DNA from: Haplodiscus bocki
Lineage: Eukaryota
DNA: 64,000 bases
Assembly (NCBI GenBank): GCA_965655095.1
Contig: OZ296648.1
Location: 148,676,001-148,740,000, forward strand
Direction: 5' to 3'
Part shown: positions 49,550-62,244 of the stretch, piece by piece
Numbering within the stretch: the first letter of the stretch is position 1
Layout of the letters: each line of letters opens with the position of its first letter
Program-made: the position numbers and the translations under genes
The notes under the pieces: model-generated
What the model was told of the DNA's origin: nothing
What the model saw: only the letters and a program-made list of their open reading frames with translations
The model's database searches: none

Positions 49550-51100
49550 ATATCCTTAAAAAGTTTTCCTTTTATATGTTGCACCTTGTTTATAAATTGT
49601 TAGACACTGCTTCACACTGCTATGCCCAGGAAATAGGCATACAAAAGTCTTCCACCTCCACAATCGTTTTTTCATTCTCCTGTTTTTTTTCCAAAAAACA
49701 ACCCGTTTTTTCTGAATATTCGAACCGTAATGTTTGAATGTTTAGTCAATCAGTGTCAAGATAGTAAAAAACTATTTGTGTAAAAACCTTCTATTACATG
49801 TGCAAATTTATTCATACTTGTTTTTCCTTCGCAAGTGTGAAAACACCCGAATGAGAACAGAACGCATACACTTTTTATATTCCTGGGTCCCGTCCTTCTC
49901 CTCATATTCTTTCCCTTCAACGACAAAATGCGCATTGGCTACAAACTGACAAGCCATCCCTCTATCATCATTTTACCATTTGAACAAAGTTTCAAATTTA
50001 CAAACTTACTGTTGTATAACTTATTTTGCAATCGATGGATTATGAAAACGTTTCATATTAATTCGATCAGTTGTTGCCGTAATTCAATTCCTTCGTTTTT
50101 ATATCAATTCTCTAACGTGAATAAATTTTCAGTACATTTCATGAAGGGACTTCTCAATTTGTGTGGAACATTTACCTAGATAAAGTTTTAAAACTCTATC
50201 ACCAATCTTTACATGTTCGTCGGTGTCAATATCTGTCAAGGTATCTGTTACACAATCAGTTCTTAACCTATTTACTACTTTTTTTTATTTTTGTTCAGCA
50301 GGTAAATGCTGAGATATCATGTCGTTTGGTTTATAAAATCTCACTTCTTCAATGGTTGTTTGAAACTTTCAATCAATAATTTTTTCTCTAAATTCAGATT
50401 CCACAAAAGGTTTAAGAGCGTATTAAGTTTCATTTTTGGGAATTCTTCAATCCGGACCACCCAATACAGATATATAGAGACTTGTGCAATCAAAAGTCAA
50501 AAACAAATCTCTAAACATTTTATTTTCTAACATCCATTGGGACCCTTTTAACCTAAATAAACTTTATTCAGCTCAAAAACATTTTGAGAGATAGATCAAT
50601 CAAAATATTGATTTAATGCTGCAATACTTCCACCTACAACTGTTTGTGTTATGAAACGTTTTATGTAATTATCAACATATGTGTAAATAAGTTCTTTTTG
50701 GGTCCGATGGACATCGTAATGATATGGAGTTTATCCATTCTAAGGAAGGAGCTGTTAAGCAGTTCTTCATGACAAAACCAGTAATATCATACAATTTAAA
50801 TGTTTGTCTCAAATTAACGAAAGCTAAAGTTGAAACATCTACTGTTACATAAGGTTCTAAGATGCTTCACATATGTAGCCTTGTGTCTCAATGTATATCT
50901 TCAAGTTTCTTTTCACTTTTCAGGTACTGGTTTTGATTCAAAAAACTAACCTAATTCGCTGAGCTTCTGATTCAAACGACAAAAACTTTAATTAGATGTT
51001 ACGTAGTAAAGTATTTTGGTTTTCCCAGCAAAACTATTAAAAATTGTTACACCTAAAAGACCTCTATATGTTATTACTCTCCCAATTTCCAGTTTTTCCG
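49550..51100 (-). pseudogene. Protein-primed family B DNA polymerase remnant 2
   Basis: EPYVTVDVSTL (exonuclease III-like), KRFITQTVVGG (F.R.SI.GG) and VFYYLDTD (motif C, ~49750-49775). Confidence 0.55.
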
Positions 51101-52337
51101 ATAACAAAGAAAAACATGTGTAATGAGATCCAACTATCAAAACCTACACCAATATGTGCAAACATGTTATAGTGACACTCAAAATTTATCTCTTTTCTTC
51201 AATTTGTTTCACTTTTCCTTTTTTCATTGTTCATTTCTCTCTTATATTTTCAGCCAGATGAGGAATACAAATAGTTCCATCATATACAATATCCTCGAAC
51301 AACCTTCAAAAGCTTTTCTTGCGTTCAGTCTTGGTCCCTTTTTGTTGAACCTTTTTTTTGAAACCGGGTGAAACCCAACAGCATCATATGGAATAGACTC
51401 ACCATTTAAGCAAAGGATCTTAAAGATTCAGGTGTTGAAGCAAAATTTTGTTTAGCATTCAAAACAGTTTTTCTTCTCCTGTCTTCAAAGGTTTTTTCAC
51501 CATAGTTATTATCACTTTTCCTTGACCTGTAGTGGAGGAAGGAAACCGTAAAGTTTTTGTTTTTTTTGGAAGCCTTAGATTGACTTCAACAGGAGTAACA
51601 GCATTTCTTTTATCATTTACTTCATCATACTGATTTTTTCACCTATCTGTCTAGTATGTTTTTTGATATACTTAATTTTTTCACCCTTTTCACAACTTTG
51701 AAGTGAACCATCTAGGTGTTCGTTTACATCTCAGAAGAATAAAATTTCATTTGATTCATGTTTTCAAATCTGGTTTTGAGCATCTTTGGCATTCAATTTC
51801 CCGTAATTTTCATAATATACTAGATTCATGGATAACATATTTCTCATCTCTAACTTTGTTTCAAGACGTTCCGTTTAATGTTTTTCAATTTTTTCAACAT
51901 TTCCTAAACAATTTTTTCATAAAAATTTCAACCTTTCCAGTTCCAATTAGCCTTCTAACGATTTTTTGACCAAAGCTCGATAAAAGTTTTCAGAAATATT
52001 TTGAGGCCTCTAATAAGAATTAGTTTTATCAAAGATTTCAGTTTTTCTGTACAGGTTACAGGACCAAGTAGGGGGCATCATTTTTACTGATTTTTCCTCG
52101 TAAGTAGGTTGCTTCTATCAGATCATCGTTTTCGGATTTCGGTTTATTCTTCCCACGTCTTTCTATTAGATTAATCATAACAAAATATTCATTCCTTTTA
52201 ATTGGTTCCTCGACAGGTGATAGTTTAGTTGAGCTATGAACATTGTTGTAATTACCATGTTTTTAGGGTTTGGGGATATCCAATTAGCAACTCTCCTTTC
52301 GGGCAGATTTTTTGAAAACTTCTCTGTGATGGTTCTC

Positions 52338-52559
52338 TTAAAATTCTCCGCGAAACTTCTTCTTGTGCAGGTAGAATGTGAAAATCTTCTGATATCTTTT
52401 TTTAACTAGATACCCATCAAATGTAATAATAACAATTATCTCCCTATCAAGTGTTTCAATTGGTTCAAGTTTCAATTGCTGCCATCGAAACTTGTTTAAC
52501 TTATCAACAAGAACAAGTACATATCTAATTTCTCTTTTTATTTTGTTGTCCAAAGTCAA
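52338..52559 (-). pseudogene. Polinton-type retroviral-like integrase fragment
   Basis: RYVLVLVDKLNKFRWQQLK..ETLDR resembles Y.LV.ID.FSK..W..PLK..TDRG. Confidence 0.5.
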
Positions 52560-55500
52560 AAAAATCTAGAACGTCGGCACTGCATGTGCCACCAAAACTT
52601 TCTATTACTGTTTCATTAATCACGTAATTGATGTTTGTGGGTTCTGCAAAATTTTGATTTATAGAGGTTTTGATCATAAAATTAGTTTTTTAATTTGAGC
52701 AAAAACATTAGTGAGTATTAGTTGCCTGAGGAAGATATAACATAAGCACCTACTGATTTTGTTTCCCTCAGAAGTACTCTTTCCCTAACATAGGTCCTAG
52801 AGTTCTCCAGTTGAGGGATTTTCTCATTTCTTTTTTTTCTAATAGATAGAGAGTGTGGTCGAAAGGCTAAACGGAACCATATTTTTCAAGGTTCTAATCA
52901 GACCCTACATGATGTAATTGAACTTCATTCCAACTGATGGAGAAGTTTCGGGGTTAACCAAATAAATCGAGATTATTATTAATTTTAGAGATATGTAGTG
53001 ATTTCTCTATAAAATATGTCCGTTTTCTTGAGTTCTAAGTTGTTTTATATTTGTGGTTCAATCAACTATTTATTGTACGTTTTTTTTATTCAATCTTGCA
53101 ACAGTTTTCTAACTTGTTACAATTTTGTTATCCTTTGGAAACAAAGTCTATTGAAAAAGTTGTTCTACTTTCTATGCATTGTTCAACTAATCCCTTTTCG
53201 TTTGGATCATTAATTGATGTACTCAGTTTTTTAGCATATTTATTAAAAAGATCAGTTTTTTCAAATATATAGCTCTCTTGCTTACGCTAGTTTTCCAATC
53301 CCAACACCTTTAGAAGTGGCTCAAAACCCACATGTCTGCGTTCCAGCATAAATTCTTGCTCAAAGATTACGGGTTGAAGCTGCATTTCTTAAAAGGCGTA
53401 CCAACTTGCAAAGCCCTATCGGGACATTTAATATGCCTCTTTCTTACTGGTTTCGGAGTTTTCTCACAAAAAAAGTATATGTCTCTATTCCATTACTTTC
53501 CAGATCACACTGCTGTTTGGTATAGGTTTTAGGTTAAATTCTTTGATCTACTACAAGAAGGTCAAAAAATTGGGGAATAAATCTCCCAAATAAATCATTT
53601 GACCATAGAGTTTGCCACCTTCAGGTAACTTTTCTCATTGGAACACATACTTGGTCTTAGAAATTCTGCTTCACGTGTCAATTATCTTTTTCAAAAAGTT
53701 CCATTTGAGATTGGTTTCGTCCATATATTAATCCTTTACGTATGATGGCTTTACGCTGCGATTTCTATTAGGGTCAAGTTCATAAAATTGCTCCTGATTT
53801 GGAGTGTCAGGGAAATGTCTTCCACCGACACAATATATTTACGTTCAGTTTTAAAAACTTCATATTCAGGTAGCGCACTTGGTGTATAATCCTTAATCTT
53901 GATCGTTTTTAAAAAAATCAAAATGAAAATCTGATTTTTTGGTTTCGGTTCTTTCCTCAAAAAAGTATTGAGTAGTTTGCCAGCCAATCAAATCAAATTA
54001 ATCTCCGGCTTCGGACTCAGCTAGTTTTTTAACTTTTTCTACCGTTGTATGGAAAAGACAGCTTCTTTAACTCTGCTACTTTTGAATCAATAACGCGATC
54101 CTTTGACGAGTCAATCTCCCAACAATTCTTCATAACGAATTGCTATCATTTATATGAAATGTTTTAGTTTTGTATTTTCAACTCGGTTTGATTTAAAATC
54201 TTTATTAGTTAGGATGTGAGCAATACTAACGATACATGGAGTCCCTCTCAGAATTAGAACTCCGACAACAGCACCAAAACTTGTTGCTGTTAAGCCTGAT
54301 GCTGTGCCAAAAACCAACAGCACCGGTCAAGGAATCCAGAATCTTTAGTTGAATTTTGCTTTGACTCAGCTATTTATGTTTGTTTTTATGTTTTTCAAAT
54401 CTTCTTTAACTGTTTCCAAACAATTTTTGAAAAGTATCTATCTGGGGTATGATAAAAACCTTCAGTGAAAGCATCACCTTCAATTAAAATTTTAATTCTG
54501 GATTGAGAACCAAAGCGACCCCCTTAAGGTCAAAGTCAATTTCCCTTTGTAGACTGCTGCAGTGAGTTGGCATTTACTAGCGAGGAATTGTATTCTTGAT
54601 GGACTCCAGTTTCCAAAACGTTTCATTTCAGTCGAAACCGAGTGATTCGACTATTCTTCTAACAAGTTGCTCACTCGTTATTTTTCGACCATCAACCGTT
54701 AGAGTATAGGTAAAAGTTTATGTTTTATGAGAAATGTCATGTTTTTGCATTGTTCGTCTATTATGAGCAAATATTTCAAAATATGCCGCTACGATAAATT
54801 GATTGGTTTTCAAAGGGGTCATTGATTCTGGACACAACATTATTTCCAGAGTTATCTAGTCCAAATTTTGATGTTTCTGGAGGCTTCGATTCATGATATG
54901 AAACCAATTTCTTGAACGTCGGGTCGAAATTCACATATTATTTTCTTTGTTCTCTCACCATTTACTTAACTGAAAATCCAAATCTTGCTCAAAAATTAAC
55001 GCAACTAAATTGTGTACTGGTAAAGTGTTTCAGATTTTGTTTTGAAGCAAAAGTTTGACCTTGACCAACTTCTGAAGGCGGAATATCATTCGATACTTGA
55101 GATCTAGTACCTTTACTTTTTGAGAGTGTGCATAACTCTGTAATCCTGTCAATCATTATACTAAGTGTCATTTTGGCAGATGCATAGTTACATGGTATTC
55201 TTGCATTTATGACACGTCCACCAGATGAGAATGAGAGGATAACCAAACATATGAGATGTAGCTCCAAAAATCCAACATCTTTCAGAACTTCTAGCCACAA
55301 ATGGGGACGCTTCTTCTGCCCCACTGTCAAAACCGGTTTTTATTGGATTTTCTAACAGAGTCATAGCAGAGGTGACCTGATTAATTGTAAGTATATCTAA
55401 TATGGTTTCTGGAAATTCTAATTTAAAGTTAGGACTAATATAAGCATTTTCAAATTTCTCGTTGGTGTCAAGCCTTAGAGAGGAAGTTTCATCTATAGAT

Positions 55501-56196
55501 TCATCAACAATTTCAGTGGTTAAATAATATGTTTCTAGTTTTTGAGTTTCTCCGACACCACTCTGTATCCATCTTGTTTACGAGAATCTAAAATTCAGCG
55601 GCTTTTATTCGCAACAACTCAGAAAATTTTACGTTGCTATCTACAAATTGTTTTTGTTTTTAATGGCATTTAAATATCTGGACCATAATTAACATAGATT
55701 GATTCTAAATTGAGTAAATTGGTTTTTTTTCTTTTTTCATCAGTATTTGCTTTGTAGTTAAGTGGTTTCGAACTGTAGAAATATAAAGAGATGCGTCGTA
55801 TTTATTCAAATGAAGATCCTTACCGTTGAAATGCTTGCGTTAATTGTTCGCAACTCTCGTGTTTTCAATTAAAGTCTCTGAAAAAGAATTCCGCAACCCA
55901 TCCATCAACCTTTTGTTTCGTTGTCATTTTCAAGCTTGATGAACGGTTTTGTGTCGCTGAGACAGTTGTATTTTCGGTTAGTGAAATATTTTTGAAGTTA
56001 TTGTTTCTATAAATCATTAGGAAGCCATTAGATTTTGAGCTCTCATCACCATAATCTTTGTTGGCAAACTATAACTGCGTGCATTGCACATATTTGATGT
56101 ATAGCAGCAGAAGCTTTCTTAAAATCTAAATTAAATTTTCCTTCATTAAATTTTCTTTCTTAAAACTTGAACTAAATTTCATTTCTATTTTCGTCT

Positions 56197-57123
56197 GTTT
56201 TATAAACAGCTCGCGCTGAGTCAAGTACCCTCAAAAACCCTCGAGTGCTTTTGCTAAACAAAGCCCCTTTTCATAACAGTATTTTACAAACAACAAAATC
56301 CTCTTATCACTACTCTGTAATTTACATACAACACTCTTTCTATTCTTTCTTCTTACATGCAATAATCTTCCTTTATAACAAGTGTACAATTTAATCACAT
56401 ACGTAACATTTCAACAACTTTAATACAACATATTTCTTATCATTGACATAAAACAACGTTTAATATTTTCCGTTATAATTCATTGCCAGTATTTTATCAC
56501 AATATGCACTCTCCATAAATACTTCGCACAACAATTACATAGCAGTTCTGTACTCTCTGTTTTGTTTTCGTAACCCGCTGACACTTGCCCCTCATCCCGG
56601 CCCGCATTTAAATTAGTGCAAATTTCGAAGTCTTTCTCTTAATCCTGACCAAAAATATTATCCGCCTGAAAATTTCTAATCATTTGTCGACAACAGCACA
56701 ACGAAAGAAAGACGACCCAGCAAACAGACGAACTCAGCCGCAACAGTTTCCAGCTCTTGCTCGAAGAAAAGAAGAAGCAAAATCTCCTCTCTACAACTTG
56801 ACAACCAGTCCTCCAGAGTCTTCAACTTTCTCTATCCAGAAGTGCAATTGCCTCTCTTTGCCTCAACCAACAAAAGACATTATGTAACCGTATAATCTAT
56901 TTAAACTTTACTTTAAAAATATCTTCCTTTTCTAAATAAAATTCTTTCTTAAAAAGCCAAAAACATTTTTTATTCACTTGAGATATCCCGCTAGCAACCA
57001 CCAAACCAAAAACACCTAAATAGTAATATCAGAAATTACTGAAGTACCATTTCCAATATCAGTCGTCCTCCGCATCCAAAATTATTTTCTAGCGAACTGT
57101 TTTAAAAGCATACGACTGTAACA
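56197..57123 (+). repeat. 5' LTR of the second Gypsy element (start uncertain)
   Basis: Ends CTGTAACA immediately before the PBS. The partner LTR is outside the window, so the start is a guess. Confidence 0.45.
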
Positions 57124-57126
57124 AAA

Positions 57127-57144
57127 TGGTGACAGGAGTGGGAT
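57127..57144 (+). promoter_or_regulatory. Primer binding site, tRNA-Leu type
   Basis: TGGTGACAGGAGTGGGAT is one mismatch from TGGTGTCAGGAGTGGGAT, the complement of a eukaryotic tRNA-Leu 3' end. Confidence 0.85.
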
Positions 57145-57287
57145 CTCTCAAGTGGAAGGTCGTTTAAAAACGATCCGTGTGCGATTTTCGAAAATTGTAA
57201 AAGTGAATTAGTTTTTCCCCTTTCTTAGCTTTGGCCCAAGACCTTCGCCCACTGTTTTTCTTGTCACTGAATTTCCGTGCCCGCCAG

Positions 57288-57368
57288 CTAAGATCCTTTT
57301 CACCGGACTGTGTCCGAGCCTAGTTTTCCTAAGATCCTCTTCACCGGACTTTGTCCGAGCCTAGTTTC
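57288..57368 (+). repeat. 41-bp tandem duplication in the leader, each unit with a CGGAC-n3-GTCCG hairpin
   Basis: ctaagatcct.ttcaccggact.tgtccgagcctagttt occurs twice. Confidence 0.85.
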
Positions 57369-58244
57369 ACCAGCTTCGTGCTGTGTATTCCGCGTTATGC
57401 GAGTTCTGCCAAGACCCACTAAGATGGCCTTTAAATTTTCAGGATCTCACGTGAGTACTAGCTAAAACTTCAAGTTTTCTTGAAATTTTTCGTACATTTT
57501 TGCTTTTGTAGCCCCTTTTCTTTTAATGTCCGTTCAGTTTTGTGCACATACGTCACCCCATGCCCGATTTTTTTCTGTGAGTCCTCCTTCACCCCCACCA
57601 GCGTACCGACCCGTGCAAAACCGTTTCCCAATCATCAGTACAACCTGCCTTTTCAACATTTTTCTCGCACTGACTGTCATTACGCTACTCCTACTGATAA
57701 CCGCCATAACCGGGTTAGCTTTCGAAGTTCACGAAACCAGAAAACAGTGTTTTCGCGCAGTAAACGCTAAATTTTCAACAAAAGACACTTTTTGAGTAAA
57801 ATTTGTAATTCCGATGTATCTTTTTGGTTTTCCTGTGTCAACCACTACGAACACGTTACCTAAAGAAATTTTATTCCCTGTTATTTCTGTCAAGTCCGCA
57901 CACATCAAATCCCAATCGCTTTTCGGCCCGAGTGTCCTAATTTACACGGCATCAATTGAGTATTCATTATCGACTTGAAGGAATTCATTACCACCAACAC
58001 AGTGAGACGCACCGACTGGTTCAATTTTTCCCTAACACGAACCATCCAAACCACATTAAGTCCACAAGTAGTTTCTTCTTCCCAGGAATAGCTCAAATCT
58101 GGAGAACTTATATTGAATTCTTGTCGCACTATTTTACTGACCCCCTTGCAATCGAGTATCAAGGTAGTGCTCCCTCAACTTGATGACCTCACCCGCTAAT
58201 AATTCGAAGTAATTTGATTCTTTTTGAGTTTTTTTTAAATTACA

Positions 58245-59464
58245 ATGTCGACAACCGCCGCTACGGCAACGACCACTACCGCCACCGTTAAAAGCGCAGG
58301 AGGAACCACTTCTAGCACGCCTACCTCCTCGACTGCTACCAACAGTGCAACAAGTACCCCAGTTTCGTCGACCGCAACTAGCTCAACGCCTACTGCAAAC
58401 CCAGGCACTGGTGCTGCCGCACCTGGCACGCCGTTCGCGACAACTTTTGGCCCCGGAGGAGCCCTTTTGTAACTCTTTTGCCCTCATGCCTTATGCCAGA
58501 AAGTTTCACCGGTTCTGGTGACTTTGAGGACTACCTACAGCAATTTAACACTGCTGCCTTACTTTCTGGTTGGTTTTCACCGTCCCATGACAGCAGGCCA
58601 CATTATTTCGCCCTTCAGCTGCGAGGAAATGCCCTGCATTTCTACGCAACGCTTTCTGCAGCCCAACAAACTGATTTCAACTTGTTAGTTGATGCCTTCC
58701 GGTAGAACTATACAACGAATGTCGACATACTGAAAGCAAGATTGAAAGCTGCCCGGCAGCAACCCAATCAAGATAATTGTGCCTTTTTGTGTGACATTAG
58801 AACACTCGCGCGACGCGCCTATCGCGCTTTTCCTCACTTAGTAGAACAAATTGTCTTGACTAGTTTCATCGAAGGTCTGAGCGATGCAACGCTTCGATGG
58901 GAACTTAGAAAGTCCAAACCAGCTACAGCTGATGATGCTCTATCCCTGGCTATGGAATTGAATTCTTTCCTGGAAATTGAGAAAGGAGCTCCATCAACAA
59001 GTGAAATGGCCGAGGCCAGCGTAAACGCGATCTCCCGTGAAACTCCTGAGCCACCCACCAAAGAGTGGATGGACGAGCTTGTTCGAAGGCTAACGGAAAG
59101 ATTCAAGAACGCCATGCCTAAGCCGAACGCAGAAGTTTCCCGACAGCGAAATAGTACGCCAAATCGCAATCAGCCTTCTCGATCAAACAGCACCGATTCA
59201 CAAGGAACCCGAACGGTCCGTTTTCAAAATAATTCGAATGAAAGAAGAATTAACAGCGGCCGAGACAACAATCGGCAAGGACCCAGCCGCCTGAATTCGA
59301 CCCCTAACCGGCCCAATAGCACCCAAAATAGTTCCAAAGGACCTTGCAAACTTTGTAAACGCGAAAATCATGCCTCAAACGAATGCAAAGCGTGTTTCAA
59401 GTGTGGAAAGATTGGACACTTCCGCAATGAGTGCCGAAGTAACACTCCCAACAATTTAAACTGA
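58245..59464 (+). pseudogene. gag: gag with Thr/Ser/Ala-rich N-terminus and two CCHC knuckles
   Basis: PESFTGSGDFEDYL, LRGNALHFY, FIEGL, CKLCKRENHASNEC and CFKCGKIGHFRNEC; premature stops at ~58470 and ~58703. Confidence 0.92.
59455..59461 (+). promoter_or_regulatory. -1 frameshift slippery site T TTA AAC
   Basis: Directly precedes the gag TGA; pol lies in the -1 frame. Confidence 0.8.
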
Positions 59465-61827
59465 GATTGTCTACGCCAGAGGGTCAACGCGCAGACAAAA
59501 ACACTCATCCAGGCCCACAAATTGAAACATTGAATTCTGTTGTTGATCACCGAAGTGTGTCCATTCAAATAAAAATTTTTGATCGCATAATCGAAGCGAT
59601 ATGCGACAGTGGAGCAAGTGTGTCATGCCTTAGTAGTGAAATCTATGATTCCCTCAAATTGAAACATTCTTTGAAATTGGAACCTGCACTGAGACAACTG
59701 AAAGCTGCAAATCAATTGCCCATTGAGACACGAGGCGTCGTACGCCTCCCCATAAGTTTAGGCGGAAGAAAATTTGAACATAATTTTCATGTTTTGGCTA
59801 AGTCGGAAGCCGACTGCCTGATAGGCCTTGATTTTTTGGAAGATTACCAATGTGATCCACTTTTTTCGAAGAAGAAATTGCGAGTGAATGATGACACTTT
59901 TGTCCCATTGTACCACAAAGTTTATACAATACAAACTGATAAGGTCTTCCTAATTGTCCCCACTGACAACGTTTGGATCCCAGCAGGTCATTCGATGATC
60001 ATACCAGCCCACATCCCAGGATGGAAGCGCCCACCAATAGAGTTGGCTGCCGTATTCGAGCCGCATGAACGGTTCAAGGTAGACAAAGAGGTCAGTGCTG
60101 ACCATGTCTTGTTTAATTCCGCCGAGGAAACAATCCCGGTGATGGTAACAAATACTGGGGATGAAGCGGTCATGATACATAAAGACACTACATTGGGACA
60201 ATCCGAACTAGTCGCAGCAGATAAAATTCAAAACATTAGTACACTGAAAAACCGGAAAAGCCCGAAACCTACCGACAAAAAGGATGCCAAATACGATTTG
60301 AAACTTGTCAAAATTTCTATCGATACTGGTATTTCCCAGGAAGCAAAAGCAAAGTTCTCTAAACTAATCAATGAGTTTTCTGGTGTGTTCTCGAAAAATG
60401 AATGGGGTATTGGCCAATGCGATGTAACCGCCCACAAGATTCAAATAGAACCCGGGTCGCGACCAATTAAACTCCCCAACAGAAGGATGCCCTTACATTA
60501 CAAGGACAATCTGCAGGAAAAAATCGATGCTTTCCTAGAAAAGAAGCTAATCACGCCTTGTCATAGCCCATATAGTGCACCAGCCATGCTCGTCCCGAAG
60601 AAAAACGGCAAACTGCGTTTAGTAATAGACTACCGGCAGTTGAGTAAACAAACCATCAAGTCCGGTTGGCCCATTCCATCCATAGAAGAAATCTTTGACA
60701 CCTTAGAGGGAAGTGAATTCTTTACCACGATTGATATGTCGTGGGGTTTCTACCAGCTCCCAATGGCTGAAGAAAGTCAAGATTATACCGCTTTTAGCAC
60801 GCCTTTCGGATCTTTCAAATGGCTCCGAATGCCTATGGGACTAACTGGTAGCCCAAATACCTTTCAAAGCTTGATGGAACAGTTTCTAGTTGGCCTAACT
60901 TGCTAGACCTTGCTAGACAACAGACCCTTATTTAGATGATTGTATCATCTTCTCTTCTACGGCTGAAGAACACATTGAAAGAAAGATTAAGAGAAGTTCT
61001 TGAACGGTTTCGCTCTGCGAATCTAAAAATAAACCCAACAAAAAGTGAATTTTTCCGAACTCGCGTCCCCTTTTTTGGCCATATCATCAGCAAGAGTGGT
61101 CTAGAGGCGGACCCCCACAAAATTGCTGCCGTAAAAAAGTTTCCCATCCCCACAAATGCGACAGAAGTAAAATCTTTTCCTGGTTTATGTTCTTACTACC
61201 GTCGTTATGTGCAAAATTTTGCTGAAATAGCCCGACCACTCCACAAAGCAAGTGAAGTAACTGCAAATTTCAATTGGACACCCGAAACCCAAGATGCTTT
61301 TGAAACTCTGAAATCTCGACTAACAACTACGCCCATTTTGGCTTTTCCTATGATGAAAGAACCTTTCATCCTGTACACCGACGCTAGCCTAACGGCTATG
61401 GGCGCTGTCTTGTCGCAAGTACAAGACGGACAGGAGCGTGCCATCTGCTACGCCTCCAAAGTTTTCTCGAAAGCCCAAACTAGATATTCTGCGACTAAAA
61501 GAGAATTGTTAGCCGTCGTTAACTTCACACGACACTTACTTGCTTGCTCAGAAATTCACAATTATCACTGATCATCGTGCCCTACAATGGCTCCACAAAT
61601 TCAAGGACCCAGATGCACTAACCGTCCGCTGGCTTGAAAAACTTGCCGCTTTTGACTACGAAGTAGTGCATAGGCCCGGAAAATCGATTGGCCATGCCGA
61701 TGGTCTATCCCGAACACCACTCATAGCATTTAATGCAATTGCAACCGAAGACCCAGCCACAAATGCGCCTGAAGATGATCAAGAATGGCCCAACCGCACG
61801 ATTGAAAGTCCACCAGACGCCAAACAA

Positions 61828-62244
61828 ATCCAATATTCGGAGATTCAAGGCGATGTACTGCAATCAACTGACTCCATTGCTCACTGTATTTCAGCTGACT
61901 TCAAGCTAGGAGCAGGAATCGCTCGAAGCATTAACTGACGCTTTCCAACGCAGAACCCCGACAAGGAAGCCATTACTAGCGAAGTCATTTAGCCGCAATG
62001 GATAACCGAATCGCAACGTTTCGTCTACCATTTAATAACAAAAGTGCGTTATTTCCATAAACCAACGTACAAGGCATTGAGATTATCTCTAGAGGCAATG
62101 AAAAACCACGCTGAAAGCAAAAATGTTTTGCGCATTAGCATGCCCCAGACAGGTTGTGGCCTCGACAAACTTGATTGGAGTAAAGTTCGAACCTTGATTA
62201 AAGAAGTTTTCCGGCCTACCAACATAGAAATCATCGTGTTTCTA
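61828..62244 (+). pseudogene. TARG1/OARD1-type macrodomain embedded in Pol
   Basis: IQYSEIQGDVLQSTDSIAHCISADFKLGAGIA..RFVYHLITK..HKPTYKALRLSLEAMKNH..ISMPQTGCGLDKLDWSKV..IKEVF..IEIIVF in a single frame with two stops (61936, 61990). Confidence 0.93.

Larger units (their letters stand above)
44240..56150 (-). mobile_element. Decayed Polinton/Maverick-like region (probably more than one element)
   Basis: Minus-strand remnants of protein-primed PolB (twice), a packaging ATPase-like segment and a retroviral-type integrase. Limits are approximate. Confidence 0.6.

Noticed and set aside
53000-56150. Polinton capsid or protease assignments
   Set aside because: The sequence is too decayed to assign specific genes by eye.
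60900-60920. ttgctagac duplication before YLDD as a programmed recoding signal
   Set aside because: It looks like a simple local duplication that inactivates RT in this copy.
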